Assembly (NCBI RefSeq): GCF_018350175.1
Contig: NC_058368.1
Location: 131,318,001-131,382,000, forward strand
Length of the DNA: 64,000 nt
DNA from: Felis catus
Taxonomy: Eukaryota
Reading direction: 5' to 3'
This document shows, piece after piece, positions 27,400-40,518 of this stretch (positions are counted from its first letter, which is position 1; every line of letters starts with the position of its first letter). A program made the translations under genes and the position numbers. Under the pieces are notes generated by a model. It made no database searches and was not told the origin of the DNA. It worked only from the letters and a program-made list of their open reading frames with translations.

Positions 27400-28150
27400 A
27401 ATTAAAAACATGGGTATAAAATAAACTGTGTTTATTTCTGGAAGTGTTGTGTTGTTTTAATTTCTGTAAATGAAATCACACTGTAAGTAGGTGTTCTTCC
27501 AGAAATTGTTGATTTTACTTAAATTATCACTTTCAGTATAACTACCACTTATGTTCACTTTTGTGTAATGCAGTATTCTGGTGTAATTCATTCCACCTTT
27601 GATAATTTGAGTTTTATCTTGTTTTGTTTTTAAAAACAGTGCTGTTATGAGCTTTCTTCTACATGTCTTGACACAGATATTTTCTGTTGTAAATATCTTT
27701 TGCCAGTTTGCAGGAGTGTATTTCTAAGAATAAAGTCACAGCATCCTAGGGTATGTGCATATTCCAACCTCACTGGGAGGCGCTAAACTTTTTTCAGATG
27801 ACAGTGCCATGAGCAATGGTTTAGCATTGCTGTCACTCCACATCCTTGCCAGCATTTAACATGTCATCTTCGAGGCCATTTGTCTTTTCTGTAAAATGTC
27901 TTCTTTTCTGCCTGTTTTTAGGTGGTTTTGCTTTGGTTTTTGAAAGTCCTATGTGTATTCTAAATACGAATACTCTGTTTTTTTTATTCTAAATATCTTT
28001 TGCCAGTTTGTAGAAGTTGTATTTCACTCTTTGTGGTATCTTTTCATGAACAGAAATTCATAATATACTGTAGTTGAACTTACTAATCATCTCCTTTATG
28101 TTTTGTACTTTTTGTTTAAGAAATACTTCTGTGCCCTCAGGGGAAGATTT
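27400..28150 (-). mobile_element. Old L1M fragment, antisense
   Basis: aaacagtgctgttatgagc...ctccacatccttgccagca...ggccatttgt...aaatatcttttgccagtttgtag. Confidence 0.65.
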
Positions 28151-28899
28151 TTTTTTCCCTTTCCTCTCATGTTGACATTAGCAAGTTTTCTTCTGTGTTC
28201 CTCTGAGCAACAGATTTATTGCTTGTTCACTCTTAAACTGAGGTTATAGCCCAACTTTATGTAGGCGTTCCCCTTTAGAATCTCCTCAACCGGAGCAAAC
28301 CTCAGATTCTGTCTCCTGTCTTCATCACCCCACACAGATGTGAAATGGCCTTCAGAACAACCTAGAAGATTAAGAACCTAGGGAGACAGAACGTGAAGTC
28401 CATAGCTTTTGGCTTGAGAACCACACTTCTTTAGCCCTGTCCAATGCCAGGAAATGGAGGTTACGCTCTGCCTCTCAGCCCCCACAAAACTAAAAACTGG
28501 ATACTGGGATCACAGTAACTTGTGCTGCAGAATAGTCAAATACCTTCAAAACAAAGCACAAATGCAGTCATCACGTATCTATCCTAATAGTGATTGGGTA
28601 TATCAGCTTGGTGGAAGCTAGGTATATGTGGAACTTGAGCTGTAAGGGAATCTGGGACATTTGAACTTCAGTTTCCAGCCACTAGCACGTAGGAAGGCAT
28701 GCACCAGGGAATTTAGAGTGGAATTTCGAGGCAGTCTGCAATGCCCACATGAAGAAAAGGGGCTCCTACCCTACCCTTTAGGGCTGCAGCACATGAAATA
28801 TAAGTAAGAACCAAAAGCAAAATAACAAAAACCCTAAAAACATAAAAATAAAATGACAGAAATGCCCTCCATTTGTGAAGTCTTTGCCAGTGGCTAGGG

Positions 28900-29570
28900 A
28901 TGGTGTCCTCAGTTTTAGTTTTTTAGTCAGCTTTGATGATACAGTTTGGACATGTTGAGTTTATATGGTCTATAGAACATTCCAATAGAGATGTCTAGGA
29001 GGCTACTGATTCTGAGGATGTGGGATTGAGAACATCCGCATAAAAATGTGGATTTGGGAGTCATTAGCATACAAGTGGAGAGTGCAGCTATGACAGTAGG
29101 TGAGCTCACCATGCTGAGTGTGAATGGAGTAAGAGAGAAAAGGGTCTAAGGGTATTTAAAGGATGGATGGAAAAAATGAAGCTCACAGAGTAGAAAAAAA
29201 GAGTAGCAAGAAAGGTAGGACTGAAAATCAGGATATAGTGTTAACAGAATTCAAAGGATGGATGTTTTCTAGGAAGAGAGATTGGCTAATAGCACTGGGT
29301 ATTATGGGGAGATATCGAAGAACAGACACTGGCTTCAAAGTACAGGTTGTACACTGCACGATTCCAGAGGGTGCTGGTCTGTAAAAGGTGCCCCCAAGAT
29401 TTGTGTAGAGGTGGCAGACAAGCTGGTCATGTGTAGAGACCCTGCATGACAATTAACAGTGTACATTGGCTTTAGCAAAGAGATCATTGGTCAGTGTTCA
29501 TTATAGTTAAGAGAGTTGTGGCGACAAGTACCAGCTTCTAGTGAGTTGAGGAAAATGGGGACTGAGGAAT
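28900..29570 (-). mobile_element. L2 fragment
   Basis: cagtttggacatgttgagttt...gagatgtctaggagg...gatttgggagtcattagcata. Confidence 0.72.
29327..29445. mobile_element. MER91-like palindromic hAT-Tip100 MITE nested in L2
   Basis: caggttgtacactgcacgattccagagggtgc...ggtgcccccaagatttgtgtag resembles the recalled MER91 consensus. Confidence 0.55.
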
Positions 29571-29924
29571 AATCCAACACTTAAAAGCATTATAACTGAA
29601 AAAGTCTGACTCTTTTTGAGCTACCTTCTGTGAAGTGTTTCAGCTTTAAAACACCGTCCCAGCACCAAGGTGGCAATAATGTAATCGCTGAGTGTTGAAT
29701 TGATTATTGGATTACACAACTCTTCCACCTTTTTGTGGCTACATATTTTGCTCATTTTCCCTCTGACTTTATTAATCTTAGGATATCTTTCCTTCAATGG
29801 CTATCATATTGAAATAAATCATATTTATATTGTTTATTACATTTTAAATATTTTTATGTTCCCTTAGTGGCAGCAGATATTTCATACTCAGTTTCCACAC
29901 GCTACAGACTTCATGGAGTCCTCT

Positions 29925-30272
29925 GTACAAGTTCATTTTGAAGTTCTATTACCCGGTGTGACTATCTGGAGATACTTCTTCAGGAGATAATTAGGATTTA
30001 AATGAGATCTTAAGGATGGGGCCCTAGCCTGAAAAGACTGTGGCCTTATAAGAAGAGGAGAGAGATGTCTCTTTATGTCCACCATGTGAAGCCACAGTTA
30101 GAAGGCAGTCATCTACAAGCTGAGAAGAGAGTTCTTACTCCTATCTGAGCTTGCTGCCTGCCAGTTTGATCTCAGATTTCTAGCCGCCAGAAGTGTGAGG
30201 AATAAATGTCTTCTGTTTAGGCCACATGAGCAGTGTGGTATTTTGTTGTGGCAACTCAAACCGAGTAAGACA
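29925..30272 (+). mobile_element. MaLR LTR (MLT1A-like)
   Basis: ggccttataagaagaggagagag...gaaggcagtcatctacaagc...aataaatgtcttctgtttaggccac...gagtaagaca. Confidence 0.8.
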
Positions 30273-32139
30273 CAACAAATAGTTCATGTAATAGACACTG
30301 GAAATTCAAACAAGAAGAGAGAGATGCCTTGTCCTTGTAAAGCTTTCAGGATAGTGGTCGATCATAAATATTTACTGGCCATGTAAGTGGCAAGAAGAAA
30401 AAGTATTGGGAACCATAAGAACAGTATGTAGACAGAATTGAAACTGCTTGTAACAGGAAGGTAGAACATTCTAAACTTTGAGACCAGCATGTTCAAAGAC
30501 CTATGTTGGAGAGAATGTGGTGTATCCATGAAACTAGAAGATTTCCATGATTGGAGTTGAGAGAGCAAGAGGAAGTTTTGGCAAGATTTGAGGCAAGAAA
30601 AACAAGTTACCAGTTAGATCATTTATGGTCTTGTAAGCCAAATTAAGGACTTTGATTTTTATTGTAAGAGCTGGAAAGTTACTGAAAAGAAGTGATATGA
30701 CCACTGAATTTTAAAAAGATCATTTTGGCTATTGTGTGAAGAGTGAATTTTTAGAAAGTTAGGCAACAACAGATGTGGGGAGACTGTCCTTAAGTGAGTC
30801 TTTTAATATTTTTTTTCATTCATTCCGACCTTTTGAGTTAAAAAAAAAAAATGTTTTTTTCACCCTGAAGTATCTTCTCAGCATCCAAATAAGAAACAAA
30901 GGGCAGTGTAATAGAATTTGGTTCTTTTACTTTTGTAACACTTTAAATATTCAGTTAATAATGTTAATGTAAGTGACATGTTTGTTACTCTGTCTTTTCC
31001 TTGTGTTTATAGCAGTAATAGTTAAGTGTATAGTTGGCTCACTTTTAATAAATTAGCTGAGGGAATATTACTGCTAACATTGGAAATGCCAAATGTTGAA
31101 CATTTTTCAAAACATCTTGGAATATTAAATTGTCTATGTCAACTTTTTAAATTTAACCTGTTCTGCTTGATTAGCATCGTAAAGATCACTAAATGATAAA
31201 AAGATAACACATAAAATTTATAATTTTAAAATTAAATGAAGTTCTCTGTATATACAGCAACAAGAAACATTCCCTACCCTTAAAGCACAAATTAACAATG
31301 CCTTAGCTCCCCCTGCTGCTTGAAACTAATTATTTCATTTATGAAATATTTTGTCAACATTTTTCTGACAGCATTAAGTGAAATTAGCTGTTAACTTTTC
31401 ATTCTTTCCTCATGTATAAATTTGAGACATGAGAAAACTGTCTAGTAAGGTTTTATTAAGTCCTAATAATACAGTTTTTCTAATATTGTTTGATTTTTTC
31501 TAGGAAATAACATCTCATGCCATTACTTGAAAGGCATTAAATTCCTGAAATTGGAATCCTTCCATTATGTCATTTGTCTTAAAATATGGTCATTAGAACT
31601 TGTCTTATCATATAAACTTGTATGATTTTTAAAAAATTAGATGATTGTAGATTTATAAACTAAACATAATATTTTATGATATGTCCTACTTTACCGGTAA
31701 GTCTATATTGGAAGTAAATATCATGAATAATATATATATTTTCTAGGACTGTGTGTATAAGTACAGGTGAAGTAGTTGGCAGTCTCATTATTTATAATTG
31801 AGGCTTCTTTGTTTACACTGGCTTTCTTGGTCCTTTCTAAGTTTTCTGAAGAGGAAACAGAACACTATATAGTCTTTATCCAGCCTTTACATTCCTCTCA
31901 CCTGTATCAGTTGCTGTAACCAATTTTCCTTTTGTTTCTCTTGGCATGAAACTGTGGTTTAAGTCAACTATTTAGAGAAAAACGTGTGCTTGGTTTATAC
32001 TAATAGTTCTCAAATAAAGGTCAGGTTGGAGGGGTCCCATATCAGAAGAAACTGTAGAATTTTTTCTAAATCTACCTTTCCTCTTTTATAAGTTAGTGTA
32101 ATGGTTTTGGTTAACTTAAAAATAAATTATGCCTCAGGT

Positions 32140-32170
<31 letters not shown>

Positions 32171-32289
32171 TAAGGCTCAGGAAAAGTAGTATCACCTTAA
32201 AACATACTTATGCTAAAGACAACGGAAAGTTGATTGCCCTGAAAACAATAGTATTTATTACATGCAGGAAGTAACAATGGAAATTTAGT

Positions 32290-32480
32290 GACTCAGGACA
32301 GGAGTATTGAAGCCTGACTGCCTGATGGAAATCTTTGCTTTACTACTTAATATGTGACCTTGGACAAGTTACATAAAAGTCACTTAATTTCTCTTGACCC
32401 AATTTCCTTATCTGTAAAGTAGTAAAAATCCTTAAAACAATGCCTGGGCATAGTAAACACAGTATAAATGTTAGTGAGCC
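32290..32480. mobile_element. MIR
   Basis: tgtgaccttggacaagttac...aatttccttatctgtaaagt...aacaatgcctgggcatagtaaacac. Confidence 0.75.
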
Positions 32481-33789
32481 AGTAAACATAAGTACCTTTT
32501 AAAATATCTTTTACCTACCTAGAATTATGACTCCCAATTTATTCTCACAAAAATATTCATAAAGCATCTCTACAGTTTGTAGTCGATGGTGGTTTCTTAG
32601 TTATAGTGGTCAATCTTAGGGGATTAAATATCATAATCACTTTATGATTAAATTAATGGAATACTCACAATGAAATAAACAAACAAGACAATAAATTTAA
32701 AGTACCTAGCATAGTCCCTGGCATGCATTCATATATATATATAAATATTTATATATGTATATATATGCATTTATATATTACATATAAATTTTTACTCCCT
32801 TTTTATGGTCAACATTGGGTCTAGTGATCATGAAATAAATATTGATAGGTTGATTGCCATTTCTTACTTTGACATTAATATCCTACTGTTTATTGTACCA
32901 ATGTAGAATTATTTACTTAGTTCATATATAGACAGAAGCTTGAAAAGTCAGAAGTAGTTCTGGATCTAATAACAACGTAAAGATGACTGTCTATTCGAAT
33001 TTGTATTCTTGATAACAGCTTTTTAAAGAATTCATTGCATTTAGACTACTCTGAAGAACTCTCAGCTCCTAATGTAAGGGGCTAATGTGTTTGAGCATGG
33101 ATGTTTGTGAGATTAATTATATTCTACAAAAATGTCATCCTTAATTTCATTTTGTTTCTAAGGCAAAAATATTTAGGTAAAGCTAGACTGCTAATTTTTA
33201 TGGAGTCACTTCCAAATAGTTTCCCAAAGTTCTTTAATAAACAGATTTGTATAGTCCACTTAAATTTGTTATGATGAGCCTTGGCTCATATATGATCAAA
33301 TTGTTAAGAATTCAGGTTCTTAAATGTATTTTCTTTAAGAATACAGAAAGGGAAAACGGGCACACTATCTTTGCACCTTTGTGTCGGTCTTCAGTTGTTT
33401 GAAGGAACTACTTTAAAAACTAAAGGGCTCGGAAAGGTAAAGGTAATAACTGCAGTGAAAATTCTAAAAAATTGAGCACAGACTAGGCTTTCTTTCATTC
33501 ATCAAGCATTTAGTAAGTGCCTTTTGTATTTCAGGGGCTGTCTTTTTATCTGAAGATACAGAGAGGACTAGGGTAGTATATGTCCTATGAAGCTTACCAA
33601 CAAAATTGTATGATTCACAAGTGTTTCTTAATAACTTTTCTTAAGGATACTTTCATATTTTTTAAAATCAGTTTTATTTGGGTGTAACTTACATGTAATG
33701 AAATGCACACTTGCATGAGTTTTGACAAATGTATACGTATTCATGTACCTGCAGCCAACGTGTACAGTATTCAGTTTTTTCCAGAGTTT

Positions 33790-33866
33790 CTATATATAGA
33801 AATTATATGCGTAGAGAGAAACTATGTATAATATATATATATGTATACACACACACACTATGTATA

Positions 33867-33918
<52 letters not shown>

Positions 33919-33975
33919 TATATGTGTAGAAAGTACACATATATACACATACACAAATATATATGTATATATATT
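33790..33975. repeat. (TA)n/(CA)n compound microsatellite
   Basis: Read directly; actatgtataatatatatat occurs twice. Confidence 0.9.
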
Positions 33976-34596
33976 TAGAGAGAGAATATAAGTATATTCT
34001 TTCATATATAGTTTTTTTATGCTCAGGATAAGTTTTTGAGGTTGATTTATGTTACCACATCTATCAGTAGTTGATTTCTTTTTATTACTGAATATTCTCT
34101 GTTATATGGATCCTATAGTTGTTTACTGTAGGGATGCCATAGTTGTTTTGGGACGTTTAGGAGGTTTGCAGTTTTGAGCTATAATAAAGTTGCCATGAAC
34201 ATCTATATGCAAATCTTGACGTAGACATATATTTTCATATCTCTTGATTATTGCTAGGAATTGCTAGGTCTTGTGGTAAGTGTAGGCATAGCTTTTTAAG
34301 AAACTGACAAATGGTTTTCTAAAATGACTTTGCCATTTGCCATTCCCACTGGCAATATATAAGATTTTCATTTGCTCTTTGTCAGTACTGATATTGCTGG
34401 TTCCTTTTTTCCTTTTCCTCTTCTTCATCCTCCTCTTTTTCTTCTTTTTTAGCTTTTTTAATAAATGTGCAGTGGTATCATTGTGCTTTGAATTTGCATT
34501 TCTCCAGGGGCTAATGATGTTCTGCCTTTTTCATGTGGTTTTGAGCACTAGTATATGTCCCTCTGTGAAGTGTCTGTTAAAATCTGCACTCATTTA

Positions 34597-34637
34597 GTAT
34601 GGAAACCAATTTGACAATAAATTTCATATATTGAAAA
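34597..34637 (+). mobile_element. Ultra-short 5'-truncated felid L1 3' end
   Basis: gtatggaaaccaatttgacaataaatttcatatattg plus A run, between perfect 18-bp TSDs aaaatctgcactcattta; TT|AAAA endonuclease site. Confidence 0.85.
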
Positions 34638-36477
34638 AAAATCTGCACTCATTTATTTTTTAATTATGTTTTCTTCTTACTTGGTTGTAAGAGGGTTTTT
34701 TTTACATACATATTCTGGCTAAAAAGTTCTTGTCAGGTATAGGTTTGTGTTTTCATTTTCTTAGTGACACCTTCAAACAGTAGATTGTTTTCATTTTGGT
34801 GAAGTCCAGTTTATCGTATCCTCTTCTCTATGGTTTGTGTTTTTGTGTTCTCAGAATCCTTTTCCTGTCACAGGGTTTCAAAGGTTTTCTCCTCTGTTTT
34901 CTTCTAGACACTTTACAGTCACAGCTTTTACTTTTTAGAACTCTGATCCATTTTGAGTTATTTTTGTGTCTGGTGTATGGTAAGCATCAAGGTTTTTTGT
35001 TTTGGTTTTTTGGTTTTCTTTTAACCTCAGTTGTTCCATCACCAATTATTGAAAAATAGGTCTTTTCTCATTACATTGAAATATTTACCAAAAATTAATT
35101 GACTCTACATACAGGTCTATTTTTGGACTCTATTCCATTGATCTAATAACTGGTGAGATTAGATAGTGTATGGCCTTTACCTTTCTTCTTCTGTTGCAGA
35201 ATTTGTTGTGGTGTTTTAGGTCAATTTTCATTTTCACATAAATTTTGTAATCCATCAATTTTAATAAATAGATCTTCTGGGATTTTGAGTACGATTGTGG
35301 TGAATCTGTGGATTAATCTGGGAAGAATTGGGATCTTGAAAACATTGAGCCTTCATGGTATGTTCCTTAGTTTAATTAGGTCTTCTTTAATTTCTTTGTA
35401 TAGTATTTTGTAGTTTTCAGTGGACAGGTCTTAATTATGTTGTGTCAAATTTATACTTACGTAGCTCATGTTTTTTTATGCTATTGTAAGTGATACTTTA
35501 AACATTTTCACTTTTTATTTGTTGTTAATATACAGAAATGTGATACACAGAAATTTGTATGTTGATGTTGTATACTGAAATTATGCAGATTTTCAGGCAG
35601 CTTTTTTGGTGAATTCCTTAGTATTTTTCATAGTATACTGACTGTGAATAAAAAAGTTACTATGTTCTTTTTTAGAAATTGTACTAAAATATACATAACA
35701 TAAAATTTACCACTAGGGATATTTAGTACATTTGCAGTGTTGTGCATCCATCATCACTGTCTAATTCTAGAACATTTTCATCCTCCCAAGAGGAAAGCCC
35801 ATACTCATTAAGCTGTCACTCTCCATTTCCCCTTCCCCCAAAGCCCAGGCAACTACTAATCTGATTTATGTCTGTAGATATGAATATTACATGCAAATGG
35901 AATCAGACACTATGTAGCTTTTTGTGTCTGGCTTCTTTTACCAGCATTATGTTATCAAGATTTATCCACGTAATAGCATGTATAACTATTTTATTTCTGT
36001 TGAAGCTGAACAATATTTCATTTTATGGATATACCTCATTTTGGTTATACATTAATCAGTTGATGGATACATGGGTTGCGTCCACCTTTTGATTATTGTT
36101 ATTAGTTCTGGTAAGAACATATGTGTACAAGTGTTTGTTTAAACACCTATTTTCAATTATTGTGGGTATACACCCAGGAGTAGACTCGATAAGTAAATTG
36201 GTAATTCTGTTTAACTTACTGAGAAACAACAAAGTTTGTTTACACAGTGGCTGCACCATTTTGCATTCCCACTGCAAATGTTTGAGGGTTCCATTTTTCC
36301 ATGTCCTCACCTACGTTTATGTACTTTTTATTTTAATATTTTTTTATTAGCCATCCTAGTGGGTGTGAAGTTGTATTTCATTATTTTGTTTATTTTTAAT
36401 CTGTGTGTCTCTTTTCTTTTTCTTGCCATACTCTACTAACTTGGAACATCAATACAATGTGGCATAGAAAAGAGTGA

Positions 36478-37806
36478 ATTGTATATGTACACCACATCTT
36501 TATCTAGTCATCTATCATTCAACACTTAGATGGCTTCCATATCTTGGCTATTGTAAATAAGGCTGCAATAAACATAAATGTGCATCTGTCTGCTCAGATT
36601 AGTGTTTTCATTGTTTTTGGAGGGGGGAGGAGGGGAAAATATTCGTTAGTGGAATTATTGGATATATGGTATTTCTATTTTTAATTTTTTGAAGAACCTC
36701 CATACTGTTTTTCACAGTGGCTGTGCTAATTTACATTCCCACCAACAGTGCACCAGAGTTCTTTTTTTGCAACATCTTTGTCAACACCTGTTATTTCTTG
36801 AGTTTCTGATTTTAGCCATTCTGACAGGTGTAAGGTGATATCTCATTGTGGTTTTGATTTGCATTATTGATAGATGTCAAGCATCTTTTCATGTGTCTGT
36901 TGGCCATCTGGGTGTCTTCTTTGGAAAAATGTCCATTTGTCCTCTGCCCATTTTTTAATTGGATCATTTTGGAGGTTTTTGGTATTGAGTTATATAAGTT
37001 TTTTATATATTTTGGATATTAGCTCCTTATTGGATATATCATTTGAAAATCTCTTCTCCCATTCAGTAGGTTGCCTTTGGGTTTCATTGATGGTTTCCTT
37101 CACTGTGCAAAATATTTTTATTTTGATGCAGTCTCAATAGTTTTTTTTTTTTCTTTGTTTCCCTTACTGTGGTAGACACATCCAGAAAAAAGTTGCTGTG
37201 GCCAATGTCAAATTATTACCTGTGTTCTTTTCTAGGATTTTTAGGGGTTTAGGTGTCATATTTAGGTCTTCCATCCATTTTGAGCTTATTTTTGTGTATG
37301 GTGTTACAATGTGGTCAAGTTTCATTCTTTTGCATGTAGTGTCCAGTTTTCCCAGCACCATTTATTGAAGTGACTGATGAGATCTTGCCATTTGCCAAAG
37401 CATGAATGGACCTAAAGGGTATTATGCTAAGTAAAATAAGTCGGACTGATAAAGGCTAATACCATATGATTTCTCTCATGTGCAATTAAAAAAATGAATA
37501 AATAAAAGGCAGAATCAGACCCATAAATACACAGAACAAACTAATGGTTGCCAGAGGGAAGGGTTAGTGGGACAGCAAAATGGGTGAAGGGGAGTGGAAG
37601 ATACAGGCTTCCAATTATGAAATGAATAAGTCACAGGGATAAAAAGGTACAACATAAGGAATATAATCAATGATATTGTAATAGTGTACCAGTGACACAT
37701 GGTAGCTACACTTTTGGTAGCATAGCATAATGCATTTTGAATCTCTGTGTTGTACACCTGAAATTAGCATTATATGTTGTCTATACTGAAATGAAAACAT
37801 AAAAAA
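36478..37806. mobile_element. L1 with 5' inversion (antisense 36478-37377, sense 37378-37806)
   Basis: Antisense part encodes TCKRMKLDHIVTPYTKISSKW (ORF2 C-terminus). Sense part runs from atgagatcttgccatttgc to the 3' UTR and A tail. Confidence 0.82.
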
Positions 37807-39831
37807 TGCTAGGCCCAGAACTGCAACTAGAAGGAACAGGAGCACTGAGATAGCTAAACCCCTAAGACACCGGGACATAGTGTGTGCTAAGACTGACAGA
37901 GCTAGGAAAGGAAGATAAATGTGAAGTAGGGTATAGCAAGGAAAAGCTGGCAACCTAGAAGATGAATAGAAACCTAAGCCACTTTCATTATCTCTGTTCT
38001 TGATATTGTGAATATGTGTCAGAAACTACACCCCTTCATCAAAGAGTTAGATACACGTCTGTCTGGTCGAGGAGGTGGAGAAGCTGAACTGGGATTCAGG
38101 GGAAGATGGGGAAGTTTTAGGTTTGTTGAACTGACTATCCCACTTGAACAGGGTGAGCCAGCATGATAAAATCATGGGAATGGAGAACAGATTGGGAAGT
38201 GGGGAGGAAAGTATTGACTATGAAGGGCCAGCATGAAAGAATTTGAGGAAGATAGTGGAACTGTTTTTGTATCTTGATCATAGTTATGTATAATCTACTC
38301 TATGCATTTCACAAAATCCAGGGGACTGTATACTACAGAGTAATTTTACAGTACATAAAATGTTTCAAATGAAGGTGAAATGAAAACTTTTTCATAGAAA
38401 CATGTCCTCAAAGTACCCATCACCAGTAAATTTGAACTATCAGAGGAAGTTCTTCAGGTATTAGGAAAATGTCATCAAATGGGATTTGTATCAGTACAAC
38501 TGAATAGGGTGATCTTGAAACGGTAAACGTGTTGGTAAATGTACATATCCTTTTAATTGTCCTTTAGGACAATTGTTAAAGCAGAATGTTAACAGTTTAT
38601 CGTGTAATTGATAAATGCAAAAATAAAATGTGTGAAAACAATAATACAAAGAATAGGAAGCAAAAAATCAAAGTATACTGCATAAGTTTCCAATCTGCAC
38701 ATACTGTCATATATTATAATTTAAAGGAAGACTATGATAAATTAAAGATGCATATTGTAAACAAAAGAACAACCACTGAGGAGGAGAGGAGAAATAATTA
38801 GCTCTAAAGAGCCAACAGTAAAAGACAGTAAAAGAAGAAAAACAGAAGAGAGATCATGAGACAAATAGGAAATAAGATACTGAATTTAAACTTGAACATA
38901 TTGGTATTAACATTAAATGCAAGTGATATACATGCTTCAATTACAGATTTCAAACTATATGTTTTTATAAGAAATTCACTGAAATATAAAATGAAATAAC
39001 ACATTTTTATCATCCCAACATAAATCAAAGGAGAACTGGAATTGCTATATTAATATCAGGCAAAGTAGATTTCAAAACTACAAATACTATTAAAAATAAA
39101 GAGATAATTTTCATAATTATGAAGTAAGTAATACGCCAGAAATGCATAACAATTTGAAGTATGTATGTAACTAATATCAGAACTTTAAAATACTTGAAGC
39201 AAAAGCTGACAGAATTTAAAGAGTAAATGTATAAACCCATAATTATAATTGGAAATTTCAGGGTTTGTTTCATAAACAAATATTCTTCATATTCTGTAGA
39301 GTAAGAATATTCTACATATTCTGTAGAATAAGAAGACGGAAATTCAGTAAGAAAACATTACATTTAGACAACACAACTGACATTTATGAAACATATCCAA
39401 CAACAGCAGAACAGGTATTTGTTTAAAGTGCAAATGTAGTATTCTTCAAGATATACCATTTGTTGGACCATTATTTAGATTTTAAAGAAAGTAAGTAATA
39501 CCACATATGTTCTCTGAGGTACAGTGAAATTAAATCAGAAAACAATAGCAGAAAGTTATCTGAAACATCCTCAAATATTTGCACATTAAGAAACATACTT
39601 TAAAACTTAAAGTCAAAGAAGAGATCACAAGAAAAATTAGAAAATACTTGAAATTGAGTGAAAAGGAAAATGCATAAGCCATATATTGTAGGATGCAGAT
39701 AAGGCAGTGGTCATAGGAAACTTTAGAGTGTAAGTACTTCTATTTGAAGAAAGGTCTAAAATCAATAATGTAAGCTTCCAGCTTGGTAAGAAAGCAAGAA
39801 GAGCAAATTAAATCTTACGTAAGCAACAGGA

Positions 39832-40065
39832 GGGGTGTCTGGGTGTCTCAGTCAGTTAAGTGTCTGACTTCAGCTCAGGTTGTGATCTGGTGGTTCACGA
39901 GTTCAAGTCCCGCTTTGGGCTGCGTGCTCACAGCTTGGAGCCTGGAGCCTGCTTTGGATTCTGTGTCTCCCTCTCTCTTTGCTCCTCCCCTGCTTGTACT
40001 CTGTCTCTCTCTCAAAAATAAATAAACATTAAAAGAAAAAAACCTGAAAAAAATTTTTTAAAAAA
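39832..40065 (+). mobile_element. CanSINE (SINEC_Fc-type) in L1 ORF2
   Basis: Perfect 13-bp TSD gtaagcaacagga (39819-39831, 40066-40078). Confidence 0.94.
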
Positions 40066-40440
40066 GTAAGCAACAGGAAGAAACTAACACCTGTCAGAAG
40101 TTAATAAAAAGGAAAACAGAATAAAATCAAAAGATATATTTTTAGACAATGAAATTAATATGTCACTAACTGGAGTGAACAAGAAAATACAGATAAAACA
40201 CAAATGACTAATATTAGGGAAGAAGAGAGACATCATTATAGAGGCACTGACCTTAAAAGAATAATAATAATGTAGTGAAAAATTTTATGAAAAAATTTGA
40301 TAACCTAGATGGATTAAACTTGAAAGAGATACAAATTATTTAAATGAATCAAGAGAAAATAGACTTTACGCACAGACCTACATCAATTAAAGGAGATGAA
40401 TTTGAGATGAAAACCTGTACCCTCCAAAAACAAACAAGTA

Positions 40441-40518
40441 TTCTTTTTTTTCCCCATTCTTATTTATTTTTGAGAGAGAGAGAAGCAGGGAAGGGGCAGA
40501 GAGAGAGGGGGACAGAGG
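40441..40518 (-). mobile_element. Truncated CanSINE (tail and CT tract only)
   Basis: ttatttatttttgagagagagagaagcagggaaggggcagagagagagggggacagag; head absent. Confidence 0.8.

Larger units (their letters stand above)
33660..36476 (-). mobile_element. Nested old L1 fragments (L1M/L1MB 3' ends and ORF2 C-terminus), antisense
   Basis: Several L1 3'-end starts (about 33660 and 35670) and antisense ORF2 motifs (ccattttgagttatttttgtg, ggtctatttttggactctattcc, taggtcttctttaatttc). Confidence 0.8.
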
